Shown here piece after piece: positions 31,764 to 40,412 of a stretch of 64,000 nt of DNA. The translations under genes and the position numbers were made by a program. Positions within the stretch are counted from its first letter, which is position 1; each line of letters opens with the position of its first letter. The notes below the pieces were generated by a model, which saw only the letters and a list, made by a program, of their open reading frames with translations, searched no databases and was not told the DNA's origin. Source of the DNA: Armatimonadota bacterium (lineage in GTDB: Bacteria; Sysuimicrobiota; Sysuimicrobiia; Sysuimicrobiales; Humicultoraceae); assembly GCA_037443365.1 (NCBI GenBank), contig JBBIOM010000002.1:1-64000 (forward strand). The letters are read 5' to 3'.

Positions 31764-32008
31764 CACGGCTCTCCCTGGACCCACTCGAGCTGCAGCTCGA
31801 ATCCGTCGGCGTGGCGCACCTCGAGCTGGGCAGCGCCGACCACCGGGCCCTGACGCAGGATCTCGAACGCGAAGGCAAGCGCGTCCGGAACCACTCCACT
31901 GTACCGTCCCACGGCAACACCGACGCTTTGAACTGCGCTCAGGCCATTGCGCTCCGCGACCTCTGCCACCTGCCGTAGCAGCGAGTGGGCGATCGATACC
32001 TCGTGCAT
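31763..32008 (-). CDS. hypA: HypA-family nickel chaperone lacking the Zn-finger domain
   Basis: MHEVSIA, G..SGVVPDAL.FAF, terminal G.EL.L strand; 81 aa with no Cys; coupled to hypB. Confidence 0.85.
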   Translation of the reverse strand: MHEVSIAHSLLRQVAEVAERNGLSAVQSVGVAVGRYSGVVPDALAFAFEILRQGPVVGAAQLEVRHADGFELQLEWVQGEP

Positions 32009-32019
32009 CCAGCCCTCTC

Positions 32020-32817
32020 TCAGAACGTCTGGTTGGCCAGCGCCATCATGCCGCGGGTGTAGCGTTCGAGCATAATGGCCTGATCAGGCCGGAGCCGCGC
32101 GCAGGCCCATCGCCAGTGGAACGCGATCAAATCGCCGGGGGCGGCGTCATCCATCTCGGGATCGGAGTCCAGCGTCCTCTGCACCTGCTCGGGACGCGGG
32201 TCGCCGAACCCCAGACGCCCCTCCCTGATGACTATGGGCCGGTAGGAGACGATGAAGGCGCCGGGCTGGATTGCGGTGATCTCGCCGCAGCTTATCCGGC
32301 ACAGGTCCAGGGCCATATCGCCATGCGGCAGGCCAGTCCGGCGCGAGACATCGAACACATGAAAGGCGTGGTGCGCCCTCGCTCCAGCAGGGGGCTTGCT
32401 CACGAGCAGCTCCATTGCGGAACCACCCAACTGCCCGCGGAATCTCTCATGCAGATGACGCGCGTACAGCGTCCAGTCCACGTGCTCGAGAAGGTCGTTG
32501 CCAATCCAGTACGCCTCGACAACGCCCGGATCGAACGGGTCCTTGATCCCGTTGGAGTCGGCTATAAGACGCAAGTACGGGTAGGCGCCCGCGAACGCCC
32601 GCAGGTGGCGCCGCAGCGACTCGTCACCGGTCCCTTCACGAATGGAAGCGAGCAGCTCGGCGTTCGCATCTCCACCGCAGTAGCCGAGCCGGTTGGGCAT
32701 GTACGCGAATCGCGAAAATAGCAACATCCCTGCCAGGGGAGAGCGGGGTGCGCTGACGCCCGATCCCACGTCAACAAGGAGGCCGGAACGCTGGGATGAA
32801 TCGCCGAGGGTTCTCAT
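32020..32817 (-). CDS. DUF6390-like hydrogenase-associated protein
   Basis: FSRFAYMPNRLGYCG, FAGAYPYL..IA, VEAYWIGN, HHAFHVF, CRI, HWRWAC. Start uncertain (32817 or 32727). Confidence 0.75.
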   Translation of the reverse strand: MRTLGDSSQRSGLLVDVGSGVSAPRSPLAGMLLFSRFAYMPNRLGYCGGDANAELLASIREGTGDESLRRHLRAFAGAYPYLRLIADSNGIKDPFDPGVVEAYWIGNDLLEHVDWTLYARHLHERFRGQLGGSAMELLVSKPPAGARAHHAFHVFDVSRRTGLPHGDMALDLCRISCGEITAIQPGAFIVSYRPIVIREGRLGFGDPRPEQVQRTLDSDPEMDDAAPGDLIAFHWRWACARLRPDQAIMLERYTRGMMALANQTF

Positions 32818-32857
32818 GCGAGTTGCCTCGTCCATATTACAATAAAGGTGCGCACCC

Positions 32858-32889
32858 GTGGGGTATCCGTTCATGAGAGGATTCGCCAC
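32858..32889. promoter_or_regulatory. 32-bp imperfect palindrome (putative operator)
   Basis: GTGGGGTATCCGTTCATGAGAGGATTCGCCAC, centred on TCATGA, 24/32 positions symmetric, next to an AT-rich -10-like tract. Confidence 0.5.
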
Positions 32890-32923
32890 AGACAGATGCC
32901 CTGCGGACCGCCTACCGCGCGCC

Positions 32924-33790
32924 CTACCTGCCCGCGCGGCCCTGATCGGCTGCCGCAGGATTCAGCCACAGGTCGATATCTCTACCCATCGCCATCAGGC
33001 CCACCGTGGTCAGCACTATGGCTAGCGCCGGCGGAGTCGCCCACCACAGCCAGGCGTTGGTCAAGAAGAGCAACGGATATCCGAACGCCTGGTGGAGGGT
33101 CAACCCCCAGCTGACGCGTCCGGGGTCGGCCAGCCCGAGCAATCCCAGTCCGGCCTCCATGACGACGGCCCAGCGCATGGTGAGCAGGAACTTGGTGAAC
33201 AGGATCGGTGCAACCTCTGGCAGGATGGCGGTTCTCACAACCCTTGCCTCCGATGCTCCAAGCGCCCTCACCGCCGAAACGTACTCTTTTCGGACCGTCG
33301 AGAGAACCTGCGCTCGGACCACCCGCGCGTAGGCGGCCCAACTGATCACAAGGAGGGCCAATGACACCGACCAGAGCCCCGGCCCAAGAAACACAACCAA
33401 CAGCACCACAAGCGGGACGCTGGGGATCGCTAGGAACAGGTCGACCACAGCTAAGATCAGCTCTCGTCCCCGCGGAGCCATGGCCGATGCCGTGCCCACT
33501 GCGGCGGCCATGGCCGTGGAAGAGGCGGCCACCAGGAAACCCACCAGCAGCGAGGTTCGCGCGCCGTGGACGAGGTGGCTGTACAGGTCCTGGCCGAGCA
33601 CGTTGGTCCCCAGCGGCAGGCCCCTACCCGGAGGCGTCACGGGAGGACCGACGGTCAAACCGGGCGGGTTATGGGCTACCAGCGGCGCCGTCGCCGCGAG
33701 CACCACGATGACCAGGAGCAGGATCGCCCCCGACGCAGCGGTAGCGTGCCTCTGCCAGGCCCCTGGACCGAGGGTCACCCACCCCGACAT
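32924..33790 (-). CDS. ABC transporter permease (DppC/NikC-like)
   Basis: LGTNVLGQD, GARTSL, EYV..VRALGAS, SWG. Confidence 0.92.
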   Translation of the reverse strand: MSGWVTLGPGAWQRHATAASGAILLLVIVVLAATAPLVAHNPPGLTVGPPVTPPGRGLPLGTNVLGQDLYSHLVHGARTSLLVGFLVAASSTAMAAAVGTASAMAPRGRELILAVVDLFLAIPSVPLVVLLVVFLGPGLWSVSLALLVISWAAYARVVRAQVLSTVRKEYVSAVRALGASEARVVRTAILPEVAPILFTKFLLTMRWAVVMEAGLGLLGLADPGRVSWGLTLHQAFGYPLLFLTNAWLWWATPPALAIVLTTVGLMAMGRDIDLWLNPAAADQGRAGR

Positions 33791-34752
33791 CAGGGCCCCA
33801 CGGTCCTGGGGTCAAGCCGCGCGCTGAGCAGGTCGAGCATGGTGTTAATCGTCAGCACGGCGAGGCTCGAGACCAGGAAGACCCCCTGCATCAAGGGATA
33901 GTCACGCGCGACTATGGCCTCGAATAGGAGTGATCCCATCCCAGGGTATGCGAAGACCCTCTCGACGACCGCAGCACCGGCCACTGCCGCGCCCAGTCTC
34001 AAGCCGAACAGGGTCGCCACGGGCGGCAGCGCGTTCCGCAATGCGTGCCATACGACCCGTCGCTCTGGAAGCCCCTTGGCCCTGGCGGTCGCCAGGTAGC
34101 GCTCGCCCATTACGGGGACGAGCGCGTTTCGCACCAGCAAGGCAAAAGAGGGCGCAAGCGCAGCCACTAGCGCGAGGCCGGGGAGGGTCGCATGCCAGAT
34201 AGCGTCGCCCACGGTCCGCGGCCACCCCCCCAAGTCGACGAACGGGGTGAGCGCGCCACCGGAGGGGAAGATCTGGAATCGCGAGGCAAGAAGCACTATG
34301 AGGAGCATGGCCACCAGGAACTCGGGTAGGGCCCCCACCCCCACAGAGGCGGCCATCGCAATGCGGGCGCAACGGGCACGACCATGCCAGGCCGCTGCCC
34401 AACCCAGAAGGCCGCCGAGAGCCGCGGCCATCACCACGGCCCCACCTACCAGGAACAGAGTCCATAGCAGCCGCTCCACCACCACAGCCGCAACAGGGCG
34501 GTGCGACGTAAGTGAGAAGCCCATGTCGCCTCGCACGAGCCCGGCAATGTAGCGCCCGAACTGCTCGTGCGTGGGGAGGTCCAGGTGGTAGGTCTCGACC
34601 AGCGCGCGGTATGCCGCGGCCGGCAGCAGGAGGGCGTCGTCCCCACCCGGCGCCGCCGGGCTGCCGGGCAGCAAGCGAGGCACAACGAAGTTGAGTACCA
34701 CCACGGTCAGCGCGAGCCCGGCGAAGCGCGCCAGACGCAGCGCCACGGCCAT
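33790..34752 (-). CDS. ABC transporter permease (DppB/NikB-like)
   Basis: PRLLPG, GDMGFS, TARAKGL, HALRNA, RDYPL. Confidence 0.93.
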   Translation of the reverse strand: MAVALRLARFAGLALTVVVLNFVVPRLLPGSPAAPGGDDALLLPAAAYRALVETYHLDLPTHEQFGRYIAGLVRGDMGFSLTSHRPVAAVVVERLLWTLFLVGGAVVMAAALGGLLGWAAAWHGRARCARIAMAASVGVGALPEFLVAMLLIVLLASRFQIFPSGGALTPFVDLGGWPRTVGDAIWHATLPGLALVAALAPSFALLVRNALVPVMGERYLATARAKGLPERRVVWHALRNALPPVATLFGLRLGAAVAGAAVVERVFAYPGMGSLLFEAIVARDYPLMQGVFLVSSLAVLTINTMLDLLSARLDPRTVGP

Positions 34753-34759
34753 CCCTGGC

Positions 34760-36298
34760 CTAGCGGGGACCTATCAGGGCGAGCTTGTTTTCGACCAACG
34801 GGATCCCGTTCATGATGCCCCCCGGGGTATCAACAGGGCGCAGCTTGCGGCTGTCATGCACCCAGTAGAACCGGCGGTAGTAAAGGGCAAGCGTGGGGAG
34901 CTCCTCGGCCAGGATCTCCTGCATCCTGACGACAATGGCGCGGCGGGCGGCCGCATCGACAGAACGGGCTTGTTCTGTGGCCAGCCGGAGGAACTCGGTG
35001 TGGTTGAACCCTGGCGACTGGCCGAAGAGGTTGGCCTCTCCCCCGGCGAACCACCTGCGCAGATAGTCCGGATCCCCGCCTGCTCCTATGTGAAAGGTCA
35101 GCGCCATCTGGAACTTCCCCTCGGAGACCAGGGCGGCGCGTGTGCGGGCGTCCACGGTCCGAACGCTGATCTCCATGCCAGCGCGCCTGAGCATATCCTG
35201 CATCACAATGACCACCGGCGACGGACTGGACAGCAGCTCGATCTGGGGCGAGCTGTAGCCGGCCGTCGCCACTAGGTTCCGCGCCTGCACCGGGTCGTAG
35301 GGGTAGCGGCGGACACGCGGCGCATACCACCTGTCGACCGGTGAGACAACGCCGGGACTTCCCGGGATGCCGGGCCCGCGCGTCATGAGCGTGGCAAGTT
35401 GGGTTCGATTGATGCCGTAGGCAACCGCCTGCCGCGCTTCCCGTCGGTCGAACGGCGGTCGGGCAAGGTTGAATATCAAGCGCGCAGTGGACAAGGGCTC
35501 GCTCTGCCACACCCGCAAGTGTGGGTGTGCCGAGAACGCTGGTACCACGTCGTAGGTATCCGCCATCGCAGCATCAATCTGACCGTTCTGCGCGGCCAGC
35601 ACCTGCCGCTCGGTGGGAATCACGGCGTAGTGGATCTCGTCGTACAGCGGCCTCCCACGGAAGTAGCCTGGATTCGCCCGGAACCGGTAGTCCCCGGCGC
35701 CGGGTCGGTAGTCGGCCAACAGATACGGACCCGTGCCGGCGGCAGTCTCGACGGATTGGGCCTTCCTGGGCTCGCGTACGTCCTTCCAGATGTGCTCTGG
35801 TATGATGGGCACGACTCCCGCGATGTCCTCGATGAACGGGGCAAAGGGCTCCGTGAGCGTGAACGTGACGGTCCGACTCCCCTCGGCCCTGACGGATTGC
35901 ACAACGCTTGTGTCGGCCCAGACGAACGGGTGCTCGCGGTAGTACTCAAAGGAGAACTGCACATCGCGGGCCGAGAAGGGCCTGCCGTCGTGCCAGCGGA
36001 TGCCAGGACGGAGCGCGAATGTGTAGCGCCTCCCGTCGGGTGACACCCGCCAGGATTCGGCCAGCCACGGTATCGCGCCGCTGCGGTCCTTCCAGGTCAG
36101 GGTGTCGTAGATCAGCGAGAGCCGCACTAGCCCGCCAGGACCCAGCGACGAGACGGCAAATGGCGTTGGAAAGCCGACGTCCGTCCACCATGCCAGCCGT
36201 AGCACCCCCGAGGGCAGCGGCCCGGCACCGGCCGGAAGGACGCAAGTTGCTGCCACGAGAAATATGGCCGCCAACATGACCAACCTGACGTTAATCAG
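34760..36298 (-). CDS. Family 5 ABC substrate-binding protein (peptide/nickel)
   Basis: PWLAESW, WHDGRPFSARDV.FS, GTGPY; signal peptide. Start is CTG 36298 or TTG 36283. Confidence 0.9.
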   Translation of the reverse strand: MINVRLVMLAAIFLVAATCVLPAGAGPLPSGVLRLAWWTDVGFPTPFAVSSLGPGGLVRLSLIYDTLTWKDRSGAIPWLAESWRVSPDGRRYTFALRPGIRWHDGRPFSARDVQFSFEYYREHPFVWADTSVVQSVRAEGSRTVTFTLTEPFAPFIEDIAGVVPIIPEHIWKDVREPRKAQSVETAAGTGPYLLADYRPGAGDYRFRANPGYFRGRPLYDEIHYAVIPTERQVLAAQNGQIDAAMADTYDVVPAFSAHPHLRVWQSEPLSTARLIFNLARPPFDRREARQAVAYGINRTQLATLMTRGPGIPGSPGVVSPVDRWYAPRVRRYPYDPVQARNLVATAGYSSPQIELLSSPSPVVIVMQDMLRRAGMEISVRTVDARTRAALVSEGKFQMALTFHIGAGGDPDYLRRWFAGGEANLFGQSPGFNHTEFLRLATEQARSVDAAARRAIVVRMQEILAEELPTLALYYRRFYWVHDSRKLRPVDTPGGIMNGIPLVENKLALIGPR

Positions 36299-36377
36299 CG
36301 CGCTGGTACCTCCTGGACTACGATGGGGGTGGCCGCGCTGGCGGGGCGATCGCCGACGCAGTGCTGCAGGGCTCAGT

Positions 36378-36596
36378 TCACGCCTGCTGCAGCTCCTCCC
36401 AGATCTCGACTATCTTGGCGGCCTCTTCGGCGTCGACCTCACGAATCGCCGCCCCGTATGCTACGATCACGTAGTCGCCCGGCCCTAACCCTTCGATAAG
36501 GGCGGTGCTTATCGTGCGCACACCCTCAGGGCCCTCTGCCAAGGCCTGATTGGAGGCGAGCATCTCGGTTATGCGGTACGGAAGCGCAAGGCACAT
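36378..36596 (-). CDS. hypC: HypC/HupF-family chaperone (conserved His absent)
   Basis: MCLALP N-terminus, GDYVIVAYGAAI, DAEEA. Confidence 0.85.
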   Translation of the reverse strand: MCLALPYRITEMLASNQALAEGPEGVRTISTALIEGLGPGDYVIVAYGAAIREVDAEEAAKIVEIWEELQQA

Positions 36597-36632
36597 GGCT
36601 CTCGGTGAAGTATCGCACATCCTCCCGGGGTG

Positions 36633-36734
36633 AAAGCAATACCCTGCCCGGCTGGGTGACGGCGCAGTCTCCGCATCGGTTGTCCGACGGGGGGTGAGGA
36701 GTGTCTGCGCCGCCACCTGCGCCGGGATTGCCCT
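36633..36734 (-). other. Long irregular RNA hairpin in the spacer upstream of hypC
   Basis: Nested stems agggcaat/attgcttt, cccggc/gccggg, ggtggcggcgcag/ctgcgccgtcacc, ctcc/ggag, cgtcgg/ccgatg. Confidence 0.5.
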
Positions 36735-37444
36735 TACCGCGGTGCGGTCTCCCAGACGCGGGAGTAGCTCGAGTACCGACGCTTGCCCCTGGTCGCGTCC
36801 GATTCGGACGGAGGAGCGGCGAGGTGCAGCACCGGGAACCCTCCTTCGCTCAGCGCCTCCACGAGGTGCAATGGGTACGGGGTGGCGACGCGCACGACGG
36901 CCAGGCGTCGGTCGCGCTGCTCGTAGGTGGCCAGCGAGTCGAGAGGGACGCCGGCGGCCTCGGCGATGGCCGCGAGTCCGGCGATGGCATTGGCGCGGCC
37001 CGCGAGATCCACCACCAGCCGCGCGCCCCCCCTGCGCAGGCCTGTAAGATCAATGAACGCCTCAAAGACGTCGCTCTCGGTGACGACACCCAGCAGCGCT
37101 CGTCTCTCCACAACCGGAAGCCCGCCGATCTTCTCGCGGCGCATTATCACCGCGGCCGCCTCTATGGGCGCGTCGGGGCCTATCGTCATCGGGTTCGGGC
37201 TCATGATCTCGCGTACCGGGGTCCGCTCGAGGAAGGCGGCGGCCGCCTCCGCATCCACCCCGGCGACGAGGGCGGGCTGGGCGCGCATCAAGTCGGTCCA
37301 GGTGACAATCCCCACGAGCCGGCCTCGCTTCAGCACCGGGAGCCGGCGGATCCCAAGCCTGCGCATCGTGCCGACGGCATCGGCCAGAGAAGCGCCGGTC
37401 TCCACCGTGATTGCCGGCGAGCTCATCCGGTCGCGAATGAGCAT
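36734..37444 (-). CDS. AcuB-like CBS-pair + ACT protein (paralog of 14382..15032)
   Basis: IRRLPV, GIVTWTDL, KIGGLPVV, TESDVF. Confidence 0.87.
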   Translation of the reverse strand: MLIRDRMSSPAITVETGASLADAVGTMRRLGIRRLPVLKRGRLVGIVTWTDLMRAQPALVAGVDAEAAAAFLERTPVREIMSPNPMTIGPDAPIEAAAVIMRREKIGGLPVVERRALLGVVTESDVFEAFIDLTGLRRGGARLVVDLAGRANAIAGLAAIAEAAGVPLDSLATYEQRDRRLAVVRVATPYPLHLVEALSEGGFPVLHLAAPPSESDATRGKRRYSSYSRVWETAPR

Positions 37445-37518
37445 GGCACCCAGTCACCGCCGTTTCGGCCGCGTCATGTGCGGCTGGCTTCATCGTAGAA
37501 GAGCCCTTGGGCGGAGCA

Positions 37519-37536
37519 ATAGGGTTTTGGACCTAT
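37519..37536. promoter_or_regulatory. Putative response-regulator box ATAGGGTTTTGGACCTAT
   Basis: ATAGG-N8-CCTAT palindrome 21 nt upstream of a TACGAT -10 (37492-37497). Confidence 0.55.
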
Positions 37537-37564
37537 CTTGCCCTCGCTTGAGTGTGCGAGCGCC

Positions 37565-38020
37565 TCAGGGGTTCTTGCGCGCGGTCATGATGGACAGGGC
37601 CAGCAGGACCACCCAGAGCGCTGCGCTCAACGCGCACCACGCGCAGACCGCCTGGAGTACGACCACCTGCAGCCAGGTCAGGTAGGCGGAGAAGGCCGTC
37701 CCAAAGACCGCCAGGCCGACAAGCGCCGGGGACGCCCAGGAGCGGGCCGGCGGGCGCAGGGAGGCAGCGACGGCCACGAAGACGACCGCCGCGTACATCA
37801 GGAGCCCAAAGGCGGCGTTTGGGATTCCGAGGAAGCGTGCGAAGGAGCTGGCGGCGACCTCTTCGCACGCGCCGACAAGGCATACGGGCGGGGCGTTACG
37901 GACCGAGCCAATGAGCAGGTACCCCGAGACGACCGCCCCGGCAACCGCCACCGCCACCGCGGCCGTCCAGGCGCCTCCGCTGGCGCGCCCGACGGGCAGG
38001 CGGCGGGTCCTAGCGCCCAC
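37565..38020 (-). CDS. Vitamin K epoxide reductase (VKOR) family protein
   Basis: CLVGAC..V..S, GIPNA, CAWC. Confidence 0.9.
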   Translation of the reverse strand: MGARTRRLPVGRASGGAWTAAVAVAVAGAVVSGYLLIGSVRNAPPVCLVGACEEVAASSFARFLGIPNAAFGLLMYAAVVFVAVAASLRPPARSWASPALVGLAVFGTAFSAYLTWLQVVVLQAVCAWCALSAALWVVLLALSIMTARKNP

Positions 38021-38666
38021 GCGCGGCCTCGATGGCAGCGCGGAACACCTCCACGGGCTGGGCGCCCACGATCACGCGACCGCCCACGAAGCTTGTTGGC
38101 GTGCCCTGCACGCCCCGCCTCAAGCCCTCGTCTCGCTCGGCTTCCACGCGGGCGCGCATCTGCCCGCTGCGCAGGCAGCGCGCGAACACGCCCGGGTCGA
38201 GGCCCGCCTCGCGCGCGGCGGACTCGAGATCCGCCAACCCGCGCAGCTCACCTTTGGGCAGGCGCGCGAAAAGGGCTCCATGGTACGCCCAGAACTTGCC
38301 CTGATCGGCAGCGCAAAGGCTGGCCTCGGCCGCCTGCTCGGAGGGCGGGCCTCCCACAGGAAACTGCTTGAACACGATCCGCACGACCCCGGTGTTGACG
38401 TACTCGGAAACGATGAGCGGCTCTATCGACTCGGCGAGTACGCCGCAGTACTTGCAGCGGAAGTCCGAGAAGACTTCCATCGTGACCGGCGCGTCGGGGC
38501 GCCCGCGTGCCGAGCCGGTGGATGCCTCCGGCGTCGGGCGTGCCGGAACTACCGCCTCCGGTGCCGCGGTCTTCCAGTGGATCACGGCCGCGGCCACAGC
38601 ACCGGCGACGGCACCGACGACGATTGCGATCCACATGCCTCGCCGGGTTCGGGTGCGAGATCTCAT
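38010..38666 (-). CDS. DsbA-family thiol-disulfide oxidoreductase
   Basis: N-terminal TM, FSDFRCKYC, QGKFW..H..LF, GTPT. Confidence 0.92.
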   Translation of the reverse strand: MRSRTRTRRGMWIAIVVGAVAGAVAAAVIHWKTAAPEAVVPARPTPEASTGSARGRPDAPVTMEVFSDFRCKYCGVLAESIEPLIVSEYVNTGVVRIVFKQFPVGGPPSEQAAEASLCAADQGKFWAYHGALFARLPKGELRGLADLESAAREAGLDPGVFARCLRSGQMRARVEAERDEGLRRGVQGTPTSFVGGRVIVGAQPVEVFRAAIEAARGR

Positions 38667-39118
38667 GATGGCCTGGGTCCCCTGACGGTGAATACCGGGA
38701 TCTCGGCGTGGCGGACCACGTGTTCCGCCACGCTTCCAAACAGCAGGTGCGCAAGGCCGGTACGGCCGTGCGTGCCCATCACGATCAGATCGGCGCCGAC
38801 TTCCCCGGCAACCGAGAGGATCTCGTGCCGAGGCGTCCCCTCCCGGATAATGGGGGTCGCACCCGGCACGCGCCCGGCCATGGCCGCCATCTCGGTGCGC
38901 GCCTCCTCGCGCATCTGCTCCAGCAGCGATTCCGGGGGAGGAGGAACCATGACACCGCCCGGACCGCCCATTATGGCGCTCACCGAGACGTCCACCACGC
39001 TCAGGAGAACGATCTTCGCGCCGAATGCGCCAGCGATGGCGACCGCCCACTCGACCGCGGCAGCGGAGCCGGTCGAGAAATCAACCGGTACCAGGATGGT
39101 GTTGATGCGTGGCGGCAT
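38663..39118 (-). CDS. Universal stress protein
   Basis: ILVPVDFS, DLIVMGTHGRTG...GSVAE.VVR. Confidence 0.95.
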   Translation of the reverse strand: MPPRINTILVPVDFSTGSAAAVEWAVAIAGAFGAKIVLLSVVDVSVSAIMGGPGGVMVPPPPESLLEQMREEARTEMAAMAGRVPGATPIIREGTPRHEILSVAGEVGADLIVMGTHGRTGLAHLLFGSVAEHVVRHAEIPVFTVRGPRPS

Positions 39119-39151
39119 GCCTGCACCTCCGGGACACGCTCACGTGACCGT

Positions 39152-39160
39152 ATTCTAGCA
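39152..39160 (-). promoter_or_regulatory. Putative extended -10 promoter for usp-dsbA-vkor
   Basis: TGcTAGAAT upstream of the GGAGGT RBS. Confidence 0.55.
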
Positions 39161-39187
39161 GAGATAACCGGGTGTCGCACCGCCGAT

Positions 39188-40408
39188 CTACACCGGTGCC
39201 AGCAGAACCTTGACGGCGCGGTGCCGCCGCTTGTCGAGCGCGACCTCTAGCGCGCGTGCGAACTCGGTCAGGGGAAACCGGTGCGTGATAAGGGGCCGCA
39301 GGTCCACGCTGCCGGAAGCCAGCATCTCCATGGCCAGGTCCATTGACCGGACCGCGCGGCCGTCCACGTGCTCGCTCGCGTAGGCAAAGCCCCCGTGAAT
39401 GGCGATCTCGCGCAGCCAGACGGGAGTCCAGTCCACGCCCCGCGGAACCGCCGCCAGCCCAAGCAGGACGACGCGGCCGCCGGGCCGTGTCAGGCGGAGC
39501 GCATCGGCGATGCTGCGTCCCGTTCCCACGCACTCCAGTGCGGCGTCCACGCCGCCCGTCAGCACCGGCGGGCCCAGCATGGGTCTGAGCAACCTGGATC
39601 CCACAAGCGAGGCGATCTCGCGGTAGTGGGCGTTCCCTGCCGGGGCGATTACCGCCGAGGCGCCCAGGCGGCGCGCCAGTTCGGCCTGATGCGGGTAGCG
39701 CGCGAGGACCACGACGCGTGAGCCCGGACGCAGCGCCCTCAGCGCGGCCACCGCGGCCAGCCCGATCACCCCTGCGCCGGCCACCAGAACCGTGGCCCCC
39801 TCCGGCGGCACGAACCTCAGGATGGAGTGCACCGCCACGGCCAGGGGTTCCGCCAGAACCGCCTGCTCGTCGGAGACGTGCGCAGGAACTGAGACCAGCT
39901 GCGACCTGTGCGCCACCATCACCTCGCCCCATGCTCCGCCCGTATCGCGGCAGGCACCCTGCCCGAGTCCCGGTGATACGCAACCCTCGGTGAATCGGCC
40001 GCAGAGGTTGTAGTCGCCCCGCGCGCAGGCCGGGCACAGGTCAGCGAAGCCCCGCGCCTCACACCCCAGCACCGGCTCCACCACGACGCGGCTGCCCACT
40101 GCCACGCCGGCGTCGGGGCCGGCCTCCGCCACCACGCCCACGCCCTCGTGCCCGATGACGAACGGCATCGAGGAGTAGACCGTGGTGTACGGGCTCGTCT
40201 CGAGGAGCACCACGTGCAGATCGCTGCCGCAGACGCCGCCCAGGTGCACGCGCACCTTGACCCAGTCGGCTCCGGGCAGGCGTGGCTCCGGGATGTCGGC
40301 GAGGCGAACCGGGCTTATGCGGCTCCAGAATGCAGGGCGCCAGAAGCGGCCGATTGCGCGCGCGGCCAGATACCTGGGGATCGTAACGTTGGAGACGACG
40401 GCCTTCAT
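39188..40408 (-). CDS. Zn-dependent medium-chain alcohol dehydrogenase
   Basis: CGSD, GHEG, structural Zn Cys cluster, GAGVIG. Confidence 0.92.
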   Translation of the reverse strand: MKAVVSNVTIPRYLAARAIGRFWRPAFWSRISPVRLADIPEPRLPGADWVKVRVHLGGVCGSDLHVVLLETSPYTTVYSSMPFVIGHEGVGVVAEAGPDAGVAVGSRVVVEPVLGCEARGFADLCPACARGDYNLCGRFTEGCVSPGLGQGACRDTGGAWGEVMVAHRSQLVSVPAHVSDEQAVLAEPLAVAVHSILRFVPPEGATVLVAGAGVIGLAAVAALRALRPGSRVVVLARYPHQAELARRLGASAVIAPAGNAHYREIASLVGSRLLRPMLGPPVLTGGVDAALECVGTGRSIADALRLTRPGGRVVLLGLAAVPRGVDWTPVWLREIAIHGGFAYASEHVDGRAVRSMDLAMEMLASGSVDLRPLITHRFPLTEFARALEVALDKRRHRAVKVLLAPV

Positions 40409-40412
40409 GCGG

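Noticed and set aside
36315-36734. NiCo riboswitch near hypC or the transporter
   Set aside because: Only fragments (AACTGAGC, CAGCCGGGC) in different spacers; no four-way junction could be built.
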